Assembly (NCBI GenBank): GCA_030753015.1
Contig: JASMDC010000003.1
Location: 90,780-154,779 of the forward strand
DNA from: Candidatus Undinarchaeales archaeon
GTDB taxonomy: Archaea; SpSt-1190; JASMDC01
DNA length: 64,000 bases
Direction: 5' to 3'
The notes under the pieces: generated by a model
What the model was told of the DNA's origin: nothing
Seen by the model: only the letters and a program-made list of their open reading frames with translations
Databases searched by the model: none
Made by a program: the position numbers and the translations under genes
In this document: piece after piece, positions 1 to 8,875 of the stretch
How the letters are laid out: each line of letters starts with the position of its first letter
Position numbering within the stretch: the first letter of the stretch is position 1

Positions 1-226
1 ATCGCGCGGTCGTACGACAGTAGCCATAGGGCAGTGCAGGGAGGCAGATGGCGCCAGTGCGGTCCGCGACACGCCGGGCCAGAGCGGTGGCGATGATGGT
101 ATCCGTTGCCGATGGCAGGTGAGGTCCATGCTCCTCGATGGCGCCCACGGGGAGCACTGCACGGCCCTCCCTAACGAGCGGACGTGCGGCGTCCTGGTAG
201 ATACCACATGGGAGCTGTCCTGCCAT
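1..226 (-). CDS. Creatininase/creatinine amidohydrolase family protein (ArfB-like), 5' part only, runs off window edge
   Basis: Manual translation from ATG at 226: MAGQLPCG...AVLPVGAIEEHGPHLPSATDTIIA...LPALPYG, matching the family motif LPxGxxExHGPHLPxxTD. Not in the ORF track. Confidence 0.85.
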   Translation of the reverse strand, partial: MAGQLPCGIYQDAARPLVREGRAVLPVGAIEEHGPHLPSATDTIIATALARRVADRTGAICLPALPYGYCRTTAR

Positions 227-228
227 CG

Positions 229-2049
229 TTATTCTCCGGCAAGGCGGTCGAGCACGAACCGCATCTCAGCCCTGGCGAGGACGGTCTGCAATCCCGAAGC
301 ATCGTCCCGGGTCAGGCAGAGGGCCGTGACCCCGCATGACACCAGGAACCGTAATAGGTCGGGGTCGTGGCTGTCCCACAACAGGGTACAGGGAAGACCT
401 GTCGCCCGGCACGACCGGGCCACCGAGGCCAGAGCGTTGCGGATCGCACCGTTCGTCTCCAACGCCTCGCGCCCGTATCCCGGTGCGAGGTCCGGGAAGA
501 GCGACTCGCCATCGATGAGAACTCCGTCAACACCGGCGGCGCATACGTCCTCGATAAGCCAGAGGGAGAGCGGTGAGGCGAGCTGGACCCATACCGCGAC
601 CTCCACACCCGCATCATCGAGGGCATCCAAGGCAGCTTCGAGACCTTCCATGGAGGATATCCCCTGGAGCACCGCGGTCACTCGCTTCGCATCGGTAAGA
701 GCCGCCAGCACCCGGTTCGTCGCCGTCGCCAGGGCGGCCGGATCGTGCGCGTCCACACCGACCAGCACCTCGCGGTCTGCTGCACCGTCCCTGATCAGCG
801 CCTCCAGCGCTTCGGTCGCGCGTACCAGCACAGCGTCCGACCACGTGGCAGGAGCACTTCCTGCTTGCAGGAGCTGGAGCAGGAGCGTGCCCGTGGGGGC
901 CACGCCACCTTCTGAGGGGACGGTCGGTGCGGGCGCAGGTGCGACGATCGGTGTGCCCATGTCCAGCGTTGGTACCGGTGCAGGCATATCTGCGAGGATG
1001 TCCAGAGAGGCGAGCCCTGCGAAGCCGGTCTCGGCAGCGGGTGCTGCAGCCGTCTGCGCCTCGACGGGAGACGGTGCATCGGGAAGACGCTTGACCCCCG
1101 TGACCGCGAGACGCCCGCGATAGGCGGCCCAGCCCAGCTCCAATGGGCCGTCGAGCACGCTCTCCAGTCGTCGTGCCAATCCCGCCACCTCCGTCACGAG
1201 AGGATCGGGGAGCTTCTGGGCCTTGGCCTTGGCGGCACCGAGCGCCACACGACCTGATCGCTCCAGCCGTTCGCAGATATCGTCGCGCACGAGCTTGTGG
1301 CTCTGGCGTCCCACGGTGCGGGACACGATATCCATCGAGTCACGGTCGATCCGATACAGGTCACCCACCACGTCGCCACCGCACAGGATAGGGGTTAGAC
1401 CCGCAACAGCTTCGATCTCAAGCATTCCCTGGTCGTCGTTGGCCTGGGAACGGACCACGCCAGATACGTCGGATGCGACCATCTTCTGGACGATGACGGC
1501 AACGTCAAGAGCAGGCTTCGTGGCCTGGACGGGGATGAGCGATGGTTCGAACCGTGTTGCCCAGCACCGCTTGACAGCCTCCATAAGGTCGTTCTCGCCC
1601 TTGACATTGAGGAGCGCGGACCCTTCGTCATCATCGGGGAGGGAGGAGCGGACCGCCACGAATGAGAGGTTCCGGTTCATGACCAGGCCCTTGGTGGACT
1701 TGGGGATCTCGCTCAGTTCCTTACCATAGCTCATGCGCTCGTACGCTTGCCTGATAGGGGTCACCAGCTCTCGTGGCATGTCCGCTTTAGCGATCTCGGC
1801 CATGATGCGCCTGGAGTTGTCCTCCACGGACGCCAGGTCAGTGGTGTCCACCTTGGACAGGAGGGCTGCGATCCGCTTACCAATGCCGTTGTGGGCGAGG
1901 AAGGAGTGGAACATCCCCGTAGGGAGCACGAATCCGGGGGGGACATCGATCCCCTCCCGTAGGATACGATCGAGGGTCCGGGCCTTGCGCCCCACCATGG
2001 TCGTCGTCTGTCCCCCGAGCTCACCGAGCATCACTACGCTGTCTGTCAT
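229..2049 (-). CDS. Degenerate PEP synthase/PPDK-like protein (N-terminal ATP-grasp domain, no phosphohistidine domain)
   Basis: VGRKA, VPPGFV, VAVRSS, LNVKG, AVIVQKMV, SGV motifs of the PPDK_N domain. An Ala/Pro linker replaces the His domain. C-terminus resembles an eroded PEP-utiliser barrel. Confidence 0.7.
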   Translation of the reverse strand: MTDSVVMLGELGGQTTTMVGRKARTLDRILREGIDVPPGFVLPTGMFHSFLAHNGIGKRIAALLSKVDTTDLASVEDNSRRIMAEIAKADMPRELVTPIRQAYERMSYGKELSEIPKSTKGLVMNRNLSFVAVRSSLPDDDEGSALLNVKGENDLMEAVKRCWATRFEPSLIPVQATKPALDVAVIVQKMVASDVSGVVRSQANDDQGMLEIEAVAGLTPILCGGDVVGDLYRIDRDSMDIVSRTVGRQSHKLVRDDICERLERSGRVALGAAKAKAQKLPDPLVTEVAGLARRLESVLDGPLELGWAAYRGRLAVTGVKRLPDAPSPVEAQTAAAPAAETGFAGLASLDILADMPAPVPTLDMGTPIVAPAPAPTVPSEGGVAPTGTLLLQLLQAGSAPATWSDAVLVRATEALEALIRDGAADREVLVGVDAHDPAALATATNRVLAALTDAKRVTAVLQGISSMEGLEAALDALDDAGVEVAVWVQLASPLSLWLIEDVCAAGVDGVLIDGESLFPDLAPGYGREALETNGAIRNALASVARSCRATGLPCTLLWDSHDPDLLRFLVSCGVTALCLTRDDASGLQTVLARAEMRFVLDRLAGE

Positions 2050-2077
2050 GGTATGAACCGATGGAGTGGAGGAGGTT

Positions 2078-2118
2078 CATTAATAAAAAACCTCGCCGCC
2101 CCCGGTAGGTTTTTGAAT
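2078..2118. promoter_or_regulatory. Back-to-back divergent TATA-like promoters
   Basis: AAAAACCT-N13-AGGTTTTT inverted repeat with AT tracts, about 25-35 nt upstream of the starts at 2049 (-) and 2143 (+). Confidence 0.5.
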
Positions 2119-2142
2119 GTGTGCCCCCGACCTCACGGGATC

Positions 2143-3732
2143 ATGAATTCACCCGTGCCCACACCCATGGGTGACGCCGTCCAGGCAGCCTACCGTCGGG
2201 GTGAGGACGATGAGGCCATGGAGCCGCTTGTGCTCGTGGACGGTGCCGGCCCACCTATCGGTCGCATCAAGGACGGCGACCATGTGATCTTCTACGACAT
2301 CCGCGGCGAACGGGAAGTGGAACTGACCCTGGCATTCGTGGACCCGAGGTTCCCCCACTTCCCGATCGAGCCCATGCGTGTGCCGTTCACGACCATGATC
2401 GAGTACCGCAGCGACCTCCCCGTGTCGGTTGCTTTCCCGTCCCCCGGACGTCTGGACGACACGCTGGCCCACGTGGTCAGCAGGGCGGGCCTGCGCCAGG
2501 CACGCGTCTCCGAGTCGGAGAAGGCCGTCCATATCAACTACTTCTTCTCAGGCAAGTGCGAGAAGCCGCTCCCGGGGGAGGTACGCGAGGAAGTGCCCTC
2601 GCCCCGGGACGTGCCCTTCGACACCGTCCCGCGGATGAACGCCGAGGGCGTCGCGGACGCAGTGGTCCGCAGGCTCAAGGAGCCGGACCTTGCCTTCATC
2701 ACCGCCAACATCGCCAACGTGGACGTCGTGGGCCACATCGAGAACCGCGAGGCGATCGGGACGGCCGTTGCGGCCGTGGACGCCGCGGCAGGGCGTATCA
2801 TCGAATCCGCACGAGCGGCCGGTGTGACAACGCTCGTGACCGCCGACCACGGTACCGTGGAGAGCTGGCTCTACTCGGACGGCTCGATCGATACCGGTCA
2901 CACGAAGAGCCCGGTCCCTTTCGTGCTCGTCCCCCCCGAGGGCGCGCCCGAGGGGATCGCAATCAGGGACGGCGGCGAACTTGCTGACGTAGCGCCGACA
3001 GTCGCAGTCCTCATGGATCTGGAGACCCCCTCATCCTGGACGGGACGTCCGTTGCTTGCGGACAAGACTGTGCTCTCGCCCGGACGGGTGCTCCTCCTCA
3101 TCCTCGACGGGTGGGGTGAGGGCGACAGCGGGGACGGCGACCTAATCGCTTCTGCGAGCACACCGGTCATGGACCGGCTCCGCTCGCTCTATCCCAACAC
3201 CACCCTGTGCGCTGCGGGCGAGGCTGTGGGAATGCCCCCGAAGGCTGTTGGCAACTCCGAGGTGGGTCATCTTCATCTGGGTGCCGGACGCCGGATCCCG
3301 TCGGACCGTGTCCGCATCGATATGTCGCTTGCCGATGGGAGCTTCTTGGAGAACCCAGCGTTCCTCAACGCTGTGCGGGCCTCACGTGACGCCGGTACGG
3401 CACTTCACCTCCTGGGCATTATATCGTTCTACTCCTCACATGGCTCCGTGCGCCATCTCAAGGCGCTGCTGGAGCTGGCGGCCCGCGAGCGCCATCCCGA
3501 GGTGTACGTCCACGGGATGCTTGGTAGGCGTGGCGAGCGCCCCGAGGCGGGTGCCGGTTACGTGCGCGATGTCGAACAGGATTGCGCCCGTCTTGGCGTC
3601 GGACGGGTCACTACCATGATCGGGCGCTTCTGGTCCCTGGACAGGGAGGAGAACTGGGACCGTATCGAGAAGACCTATGACGCCTTGGTCCGCGGCGTGG
3701 CACGGCACGTACCGGACGATCCCAAGGAGTGA
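2143..3732 (+). CDS. gpmI: 2,3-bisphosphoglycerate-independent phosphoglycerate mutase, circularly permuted
   Basis: All iPGM metal/catalytic motifs present (ILDGWG, GNSEVGH, NVDVVGH, TADHG, TGHT, LADVAPT), but the canonical C-terminal half comes first. Start placed at ATG 2143. Confidence 0.85.
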   Translation: MNSPVPTPMGDAVQAAYRRGEDDEAMEPLVLVDGAGPPIGRIKDGDHVIFYDIRGEREVELTLAFVDPRFPHFPIEPMRVPFTTMIEYRSDLPVSVAFPSPGRLDDTLAHVVSRAGLRQARVSESEKAVHINYFFSGKCEKPLPGEVREEVPSPRDVPFDTVPRMNAEGVADAVVRRLKEPDLAFITANIANVDVVGHIENREAIGTAVAAVDAAAGRIIESARAAGVTTLVTADHGTVESWLYSDGSIDTGHTKSPVPFVLVPPEGAPEGIAIRDGGELADVAPTVAVLMDLETPSSWTGRPLLADKTVLSPGRVLLLILDGWGEGDSGDGDLIASASTPVMDRLRSLYPNTTLCAAGEAVGMPPKAVGNSEVGHLHLGAGRRIPSDRVRIDMSLADGSFLENPAFLNAVRASRDAGTALHLLGIISFYSSHGSVRHLKALLELAARERHPEVYVHGMLGRRGERPEAGAGYVRDVEQDCARLGVGRVTTMIGRFWSLDREENWDRIEKTYDALVRGVARHVPDDPKE

Positions 3733-4757
3733 GCATCATGACGGAACAGGACGCACGCATCGCACAGGACCTCGTACGACCGGAGGCCTTCCCCGAGGAG
3801 ACCGGTCCCGCAACGTTGATCCAGACCCATATATCCTTCGTGTTCATCGCCGACGAGCATGTGTACAAGGTGAAGAAGGCCGTTGACTTCGGGTTCCTCG
3901 ACTTCTCATCCCTTGAGAAGCGGAAACACTTCTGTGACGCTGAGGTGTCGCTCAATCGCCGACTGTCGCCCCACGTATACCTCGAGGTCGTACCGGTGAC
4001 CGAGAGCGATGGTCGTCTCGTGTTCGGCGGGGACGGAGAACCAGTTGACTGGGCCGTTCGGATGCGCCGCATTCCCATGGATAGGCAGATGCTCAAATTG
4101 ATCGAGGCAGGTAACCTTGTCGAGCCGGATGTACGTCGTGTGGCCGAGACGATAGCCAAGTTCCATCGTGAAGAACCGGTCAAGCCCGAACTGGCCAAGT
4201 TCGGCACACTCGAGACGGTGAAGTTCAACACCGACGAGAACTTCGAGCAGACGACAGGTTACATCGATCGCACGATCACCCGTGAGCAGTACGATGCGCT
4301 CAAGGGCTATACCGATAGATTCTATCGCGACAGGGCCGACCTTCTGGCCCGAAGGATCTCCGATGGCTTCGTCAAGGACTGCCATGGCGACCTTCATCTG
4401 GAGCACATAATCCTCACGGACCCGGTGACGGTGTTCGACTGTATAGAGTTCAACGAGCGGTTCCGCTACTCCGACACCGCTGCCGACATAGCTTTCCTTG
4501 CCATGGAACTGGACTTCCGTGGCCGCCCGGAGCTCACCAAGGTGCTCATGGATGCCTATGTGACCGCCTCGGGTGATCCTGATGTGATGGGCATGCTCAC
4601 CTTCTACAAGGTCTATCGAGCCTATGTGCGGGGCAAGGTCATCTCGTTCAGGCTGGACGATCCCAACATCCCGGAGGACGAGAAGCGTAAGGCCACCGAG
4701 AGCGCGTCACGATACTTCGAGCTGGCCCACTCCTATGTTGCGGAGGTACTTGCGTGA
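3729..4757 (+). CDS. Aminoglycoside-phosphotransferase-like kinase (COG2187-type)
   Basis: QTHISFVF, YKVKKAVDFGFLDFS, DCHGDLHL, FDCIEFNERFR, YRAYVRGKV motifs. Confidence 0.85.
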   Translation: MSIMTEQDARIAQDLVRPEAFPEETGPATLIQTHISFVFIADEHVYKVKKAVDFGFLDFSSLEKRKHFCDAEVSLNRRLSPHVYLEVVPVTESDGRLVFGGDGEPVDWAVRMRRIPMDRQMLKLIEAGNLVEPDVRRVAETIAKFHREEPVKPELAKFGTLETVKFNTDENFEQTTGYIDRTITREQYDALKGYTDRFYRDRADLLARRISDGFVKDCHGDLHLEHIILTDPVTVFDCIEFNERFRYSDTAADIAFLAMELDFRGRPELTKVLMDAYVTASGDPDVMGMLTFYKVYRAYVRGKVISFRLDDPNIPEDEKRKATESASRYFELAHSYVAEVLA

Positions 4758-5320
4758 AAGCGCTCGTGATCGCCTGCGGGCTCATGGGCTCTGGAAAGAG
4801 CAGCGTCGCCCGTGCCCTCGCTGAGGTGCTCGCAGCCGATGTCGTCTCCTCCGACGTCGTGCGCAAGGAGCTTACCGATGTGGACCTCGATGAGCATCGG
4901 TACGTTGCGTTCGACAAGGGCATCTACTCAGGCGACACGACGCGTCTGGTCTACGAGCACATGTGCGAACGGGCAGCGACATGGCTCAAGTCCGGCCAGC
5001 CAATCGTGCTCGACGCCTGTTTCGGGAAACGCTGGCAGCGCGACCTCGCCCGCACCACTGCTCTGCGGTACGGTGCTCCGTTCCTCTGTGTGGAGGTCAC
5101 CTGCCCCCTCAGCGAGCTGAAGCGGCGGCTGGCCTCGCGAGAGGCGGACGGAACTGACGTGTCCGACGGACGGCTGGAGATCTTCGAGGAGCACAGGCGC
5201 AAGTTCGAGGCCATAGAGGAGCTGGCGGCACCCGAGCATCTGGTCGTGGATGGTCGGGATCCGCCGAAAGAGAACGCACGGTCGGCCCTTGTCGACCTCA
5301 GGAAACGCACGTCCAGGTGA
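4754..5320 (+). CDS. AAA_33/COG0645 P-loop kinase
   Basis: Walker A GLMGSGKS, SSDVVRKEL, VLDACF, SDG. Normally fused to the upstream kinase domain; here coupled by a GTGA overlap. Confidence 0.85.
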   Translation: MKALVIACGLMGSGKSSVARALAEVLAADVVSSDVVRKELTDVDLDEHRYVAFDKGIYSGDTTRLVYEHMCERAATWLKSGQPIVLDACFGKRWQRDLARTTALRYGAPFLCVEVTCPLSELKRRLASREADGTDVSDGRLEIFEEHRRKFEAIEELAAPEHLVVDGRDPPKENARSALVDLRKRTSR

Positions 5321-5333
5321 TGATGTGGACATT

Positions 5334-5356
5334 GGGGCAGGGAAGGGCCCTACCCC
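5334..5356. terminator. Stem-loop between convergent kinase gene and tRNA-Ala
   Basis: Minus strand GGGGTAGGG-ccctt-CCCTGCCCC (one U-G pair). Confidence 0.4.
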
Positions 5357-5362
5357 GCTTCA

Positions 5363-5435
5363 TGGACTGGACGGGATTTGAACCCGTGGCCTCCGCCTTG
5401 CGAAGGCGGCGCTCTACCAGCTGAGCTACCAGCCC
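5363..5435 (-). tRNA. tRNA-Ala(CGC), no encoded CCA
   Basis: GGGCTGGTAGCTCAGCTGGTAGAGCGCCGCCTTCGCAAGGCGGAGGCCACGGGTTCAAATCCCGTCCAGTCCA folds as a cloverleaf. TTATAA box at 5461-5466. Confidence 0.95.
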
Positions 5436-5559
5436 ATCGTGCCGTGTCGGCGCTATAGACTTATAATGGTTATCCACGGGCCACCGCCGACGCTACCACG
5501 GAATGAGAATGACAAAAGGAAAGGGTCTTAAGCAGGCGATGTCTGTTCATATATCTACC

Positions 5560-7809
5560 ATGGCGCTAACCGCCCGCACCGTTGTGCGTATCACCTGCTT
5601 GCTGCTGCTCCTCGGGATGCTCATGGCGACCGCCGCGGCCGTCCCGATCGACAATCCCCGTGAGTTGGGCTACGCACGGCTCAAGTTCACTTACAGTGCT
5701 GCCATGACGGCCACCCCCAAGAGCACCGATGCCCGGCTGAGCGAACTGACGGTCCACGTCTTCCGCGTTCCTCAGGAGGACGCGCGGCAGCGCATAGTCT
5801 CACTTGACGTTGACACCCCGGGCAAGCTCGATAACGACGCGCTCGGCAATCGTTTTGCCACGTTCACCTGGAAGGAGGTGGCGCCGGAGGGGACCTATCC
5901 CCTCAAGATCACCTCTGAGGTCGAGGTGCGTGCCAGGCAGGTCCCGGTCCGCGATCCTCCGCCCTTCCCACTCCCTCCCGACGATGTGACGGGCCATCGC
6001 GACTTTCTCAACCCCGGCCAGTTCACGACCTATGACCCGGAAATGGCTGCCATCGCTTTCGAGGTCACTCGCGATGCGACGGACGCCCTGGACGCGGCCA
6101 TTCTTCTCGCCATATGGGTGCACGATTACGTGACGTACGATCCCATTTGCGGTGACACGATCCGCGGCGCGGCCTGGACGTTCGAGAACAAGCGTGGTAC
6201 CTGCGACGAGATAACCCACCTGTACATGTCGCTTTGTAGGGCGGTCGGGCTTCCCGTCAGGTACGTCTCCGGTTACGCGTTCGGCACCTTTGAGGAATCG
6301 GACGATTGGGGTCCGCATGCCTGGGCCGAGGTGTTCCTCCCCGGCACGGGCTGGGTGCCCATGGACCCGACCTACAATGAGATCGGTTGGCTCGATCCCA
6401 CCCATCTGAAGATCTCGGTGTCCACCGATGGCAACACGACGTCCGAGCGTCACACGGTGCGCTTCGTGGAGGTGGAGCTCGCTAAAAGCGCTCCGGCGAT
6501 ATCTATCGAGGTGCTCGATGCCGCTGACGCGACCCCGCCCATGACCCTTTCGCTCGATGCACCGGATGAGCTGGGCGCCAACGATCCCGTGCTCATCCGC
6601 GCACATGTGAAGAACCTGCGCGACACCGTGCTCGTAACGTCGCTCAAGCTGGGATATCGTACCGAGAAGGGCGAGTTCCATCTCATCTGGGGACGCGAAG
6701 AGCAATCGCTCAGGCTGGAGCCTCGTGAGGAGGCCGAACTTCACTGGATGCTCCAGGCGCCCGACCTTACCCTTGAGTGCACAACCGATGGAACGGGCCG
6801 CAGGTTCTGCACCTACTACCAGTACGATTTCGCAGTGCACTCCGACGTGACCGCCAACGTGAGTGTGCGGTTCGTATCCAACCACGAGCGGACCGCCGGG
6901 CTCAAAGTAGATCTCCCCAAGGACCGCTACGGTGTGGGGGAGGAGGTGCGCGCAGCGTTGAGCGTGGACGAGCCTACGACTGTGTACGTCATCACCGACG
7001 TTACCAAGCTCGATACATCGCGGTTCACCGTGGACGGGGCGAGCGCCCTGACCTTCCCGGCGGACCGCTCCGGAACCCTCCTCATCTATGCTGCGGACGG
7101 GACACTGGTCAATCATACGATCCACGTGTCCCAGGACGGCGCCATTGCCGCCGACGCGGTATCGTTCCCCGAGCACGTGACGAAGGGCGAGACCATCCCT
7201 GTATCGATAGCCTTGAGGAATTCGGGAAGCCGGGATGCATCCCGGTTCGCCGTCCGAGTGAGCAGCCAGAACCTCGTGCTCGCAGAGCGCGTGGTCGATG
7301 CCTTGTCTCCGGGGGCATCGACCGAGATCATGCTGGAGGTGCCCTCCACGACGCTCGAGGTGGGCGAGCATGTCCTCACACTTGAGGTGGGGGGAGAGAA
7401 TCCGACTCAGTACTTCGGACATGTGCGCATCGAGGGCGCTCCCGCGTTGGCGATGTCGGCAAAGCTACCTGCCCGGATGGTCGCAGGTCGGCGATATCGC
7501 AGCGTGCTGACCCTGACGAACACCGGTACCGCTCCCGCGACCGGGCTCGCTTTCAACGTAATTCTCCCTTCCGGGCTCGTCTTCTCGGGTTTCCCGTACC
7601 CGCCCACCCTGAACCCTGGCGAGGTCCACTCAAGGGCCGTGGAGCTGGTGCCTGGCTACGACATGTCCGCGGGGAACCACACCCTTGCCCTGGAGCTCGT
7701 CCACGGGGGCTCGACGACACGGCGCGATTTCAGTTTCGAGGTCGAGAACGGCCCGGCACTCCAGTTCCTAGCACTACTGGATTCGATCTACAAGCTCTTT
7801 GTGGGCTGA
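5560..7809 (+). CDS. Secreted transglutaminase-like protein with CARDB/Ig-like domains
   Basis: Signal peptide; triad motifs GTCDE, HAWAEV, WVPMDPT; C-terminal beta-rich repeats (LRNSG, LTNTG). Confidence 0.8.
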   Translation: MALTARTVVRITCLLLLLGMLMATAAAVPIDNPRELGYARLKFTYSAAMTATPKSTDARLSELTVHVFRVPQEDARQRIVSLDVDTPGKLDNDALGNRFATFTWKEVAPEGTYPLKITSEVEVRARQVPVRDPPPFPLPPDDVTGHRDFLNPGQFTTYDPEMAAIAFEVTRDATDALDAAILLAIWVHDYVTYDPICGDTIRGAAWTFENKRGTCDEITHLYMSLCRAVGLPVRYVSGYAFGTFEESDDWGPHAWAEVFLPGTGWVPMDPTYNEIGWLDPTHLKISVSTDGNTTSERHTVRFVEVELAKSAPAISIEVLDAADATPPMTLSLDAPDELGANDPVLIRAHVKNLRDTVLVTSLKLGYRTEKGEFHLIWGREEQSLRLEPREEAELHWMLQAPDLTLECTTDGTGRRFCTYYQYDFAVHSDVTANVSVRFVSNHERTAGLKVDLPKDRYGVGEEVRAALSVDEPTTVYVITDVTKLDTSRFTVDGASALTFPADRSGTLLIYAADGTLVNHTIHVSQDGAIAADAVSFPEHVTKGETIPVSIALRNSGSRDASRFAVRVSSQNLVLAERVVDALSPGASTEIMLEVPSTTLEVGEHVLTLEVGGENPTQYFGHVRIEGAPALAMSAKLPARMVAGRRYRSVLTLTNTGTAPATGLAFNVILPSGLVFSGFPYPPTLNPGEVHSRAVELVPGYDMSAGNHTLALELVHGGSTTRRDFSFEVENGPALQFLALLDSIYKLFVG

Positions 7810-7821
7810 CGTGCGAGCCCG

Positions 7822-8733
7822 TCATTCAAGAGAGACGGCCAGGTCCTTCTTCGCCAGCTCTTCATTCCGCCCAAGGGCTTCCTGGACCGTTGTCAACAGG
7901 TCGTCCATGGACTCCAGGTGCTGCTCCTGCTGCTTCTCCAGGCGCTCGACCTGCTCGAGCCGGCGGACGAGGGACTTCTCGATGTTGATGATACGCCCAT
8001 CGAGGAGAGCGAACTCCTTACGCATGGTCTCCTCCCAGTCGTGGAGCCTGTCGTTCACACGCCCCTCGATGCTGGTCATGGTCCCCTCGAGCTTGCCCAC
8101 TCGGCTCTTGAGGGTTACCATGCTGGCCTTCAGTTCGCTCGACCGGTCGCCGGACACATGCTCCAGTCGCTCGGTGAGCTCCTCCAGGAGCTTCAGGCGG
8201 GTCTCCAGCTCGATTATGTGCTCCTCATGCGGGCCGGGCGACTCTTCCAGGTGCCTGATCCGGCCTTCTAGGGTCATTCCGCTCTTCTGGAGGGCGAGCA
8301 CACCATCGTTCATCTCCTTGAGGTGGCGGTCAACAGCGCTGGACGAGCGTTCCACGGTGGTGGCCAGATCGACCACCTTGCCGATGGTGTCCTCCAGGAA
8401 GGTGCGGTCCTTGGTGAACTTCTCCATCTCACCTGCAAGGAGCTCCACACGACGGACCTCTGACTTGATCTGCTGGCGCAGGTCGTCGGAGCGTTCAGTG
8501 AGCTCGACCAGCCGCTCGACCTCGTCCACGACCTTCATGCTCTCGACGCGCTCCATGCGCTGGAACATGCGTTTCTCGATGTCGGTGACGTGGCCGCGAA
8601 GGGTATCGAGCTCCTCACGCGCATCCAGAACATCCTTCTTGGGAGAGAGTTCGGAGAAACGGCGTCGACAGAGCTTGGACAGCTCTGTGAGGTGGGTGCT
8701 CAATACTTCAAGCTCTTCCTCAACGTTGGTCAT
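7822..8733 (-). CDS. Long coiled-coil hypothetical protein
   Basis: E/K/R/L-rich heptad pattern throughout; no catalytic motif recognised. Confidence 0.7.
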   Translation of the reverse strand: MTNVEEELEVLSTHLTELSKLCRRRFSELSPKKDVLDAREELDTLRGHVTDIEKRMFQRMERVESMKVVDEVERLVELTERSDDLRQQIKSEVRRVELLAGEMEKFTKDRTFLEDTIGKVVDLATTVERSSSAVDRHLKEMNDGVLALQKSGMTLEGRIRHLEESPGPHEEHIIELETRLKLLEELTERLEHVSGDRSSELKASMVTLKSRVGKLEGTMTSIEGRVNDRLHDWEETMRKEFALLDGRIINIEKSLVRRLEQVERLEKQQEQHLESMDDLLTTVQEALGRNEELAKKDLAVSLE

Positions 8734-8875
8734 CGCGCTCTCACTCCTCTAGCCCTATCCCATGGGGTGCCGTCTTCCTTTATATTTACGTTGATTTCGC
8801 GGACTCGGGTACCGGCATCGCGCCCCCCACACATAGTTATTTCAGCTTTGGCTAGAAGGTGGAGGGGGAACGGCC

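Noticed and set aside
119-1123. 334-aa plus-strand ORF (similarly 5800..7422 and 7799..8752)
   Set aside because: Antisense shadows of better-supported genes, with biased composition and no recognisable motifs.
7822-8733. SMC, ESCRT-III/CdvB or crescentin call for the coiled-coil protein
   Set aside because: No Walker motifs or family-specific signature; only generic heptads.
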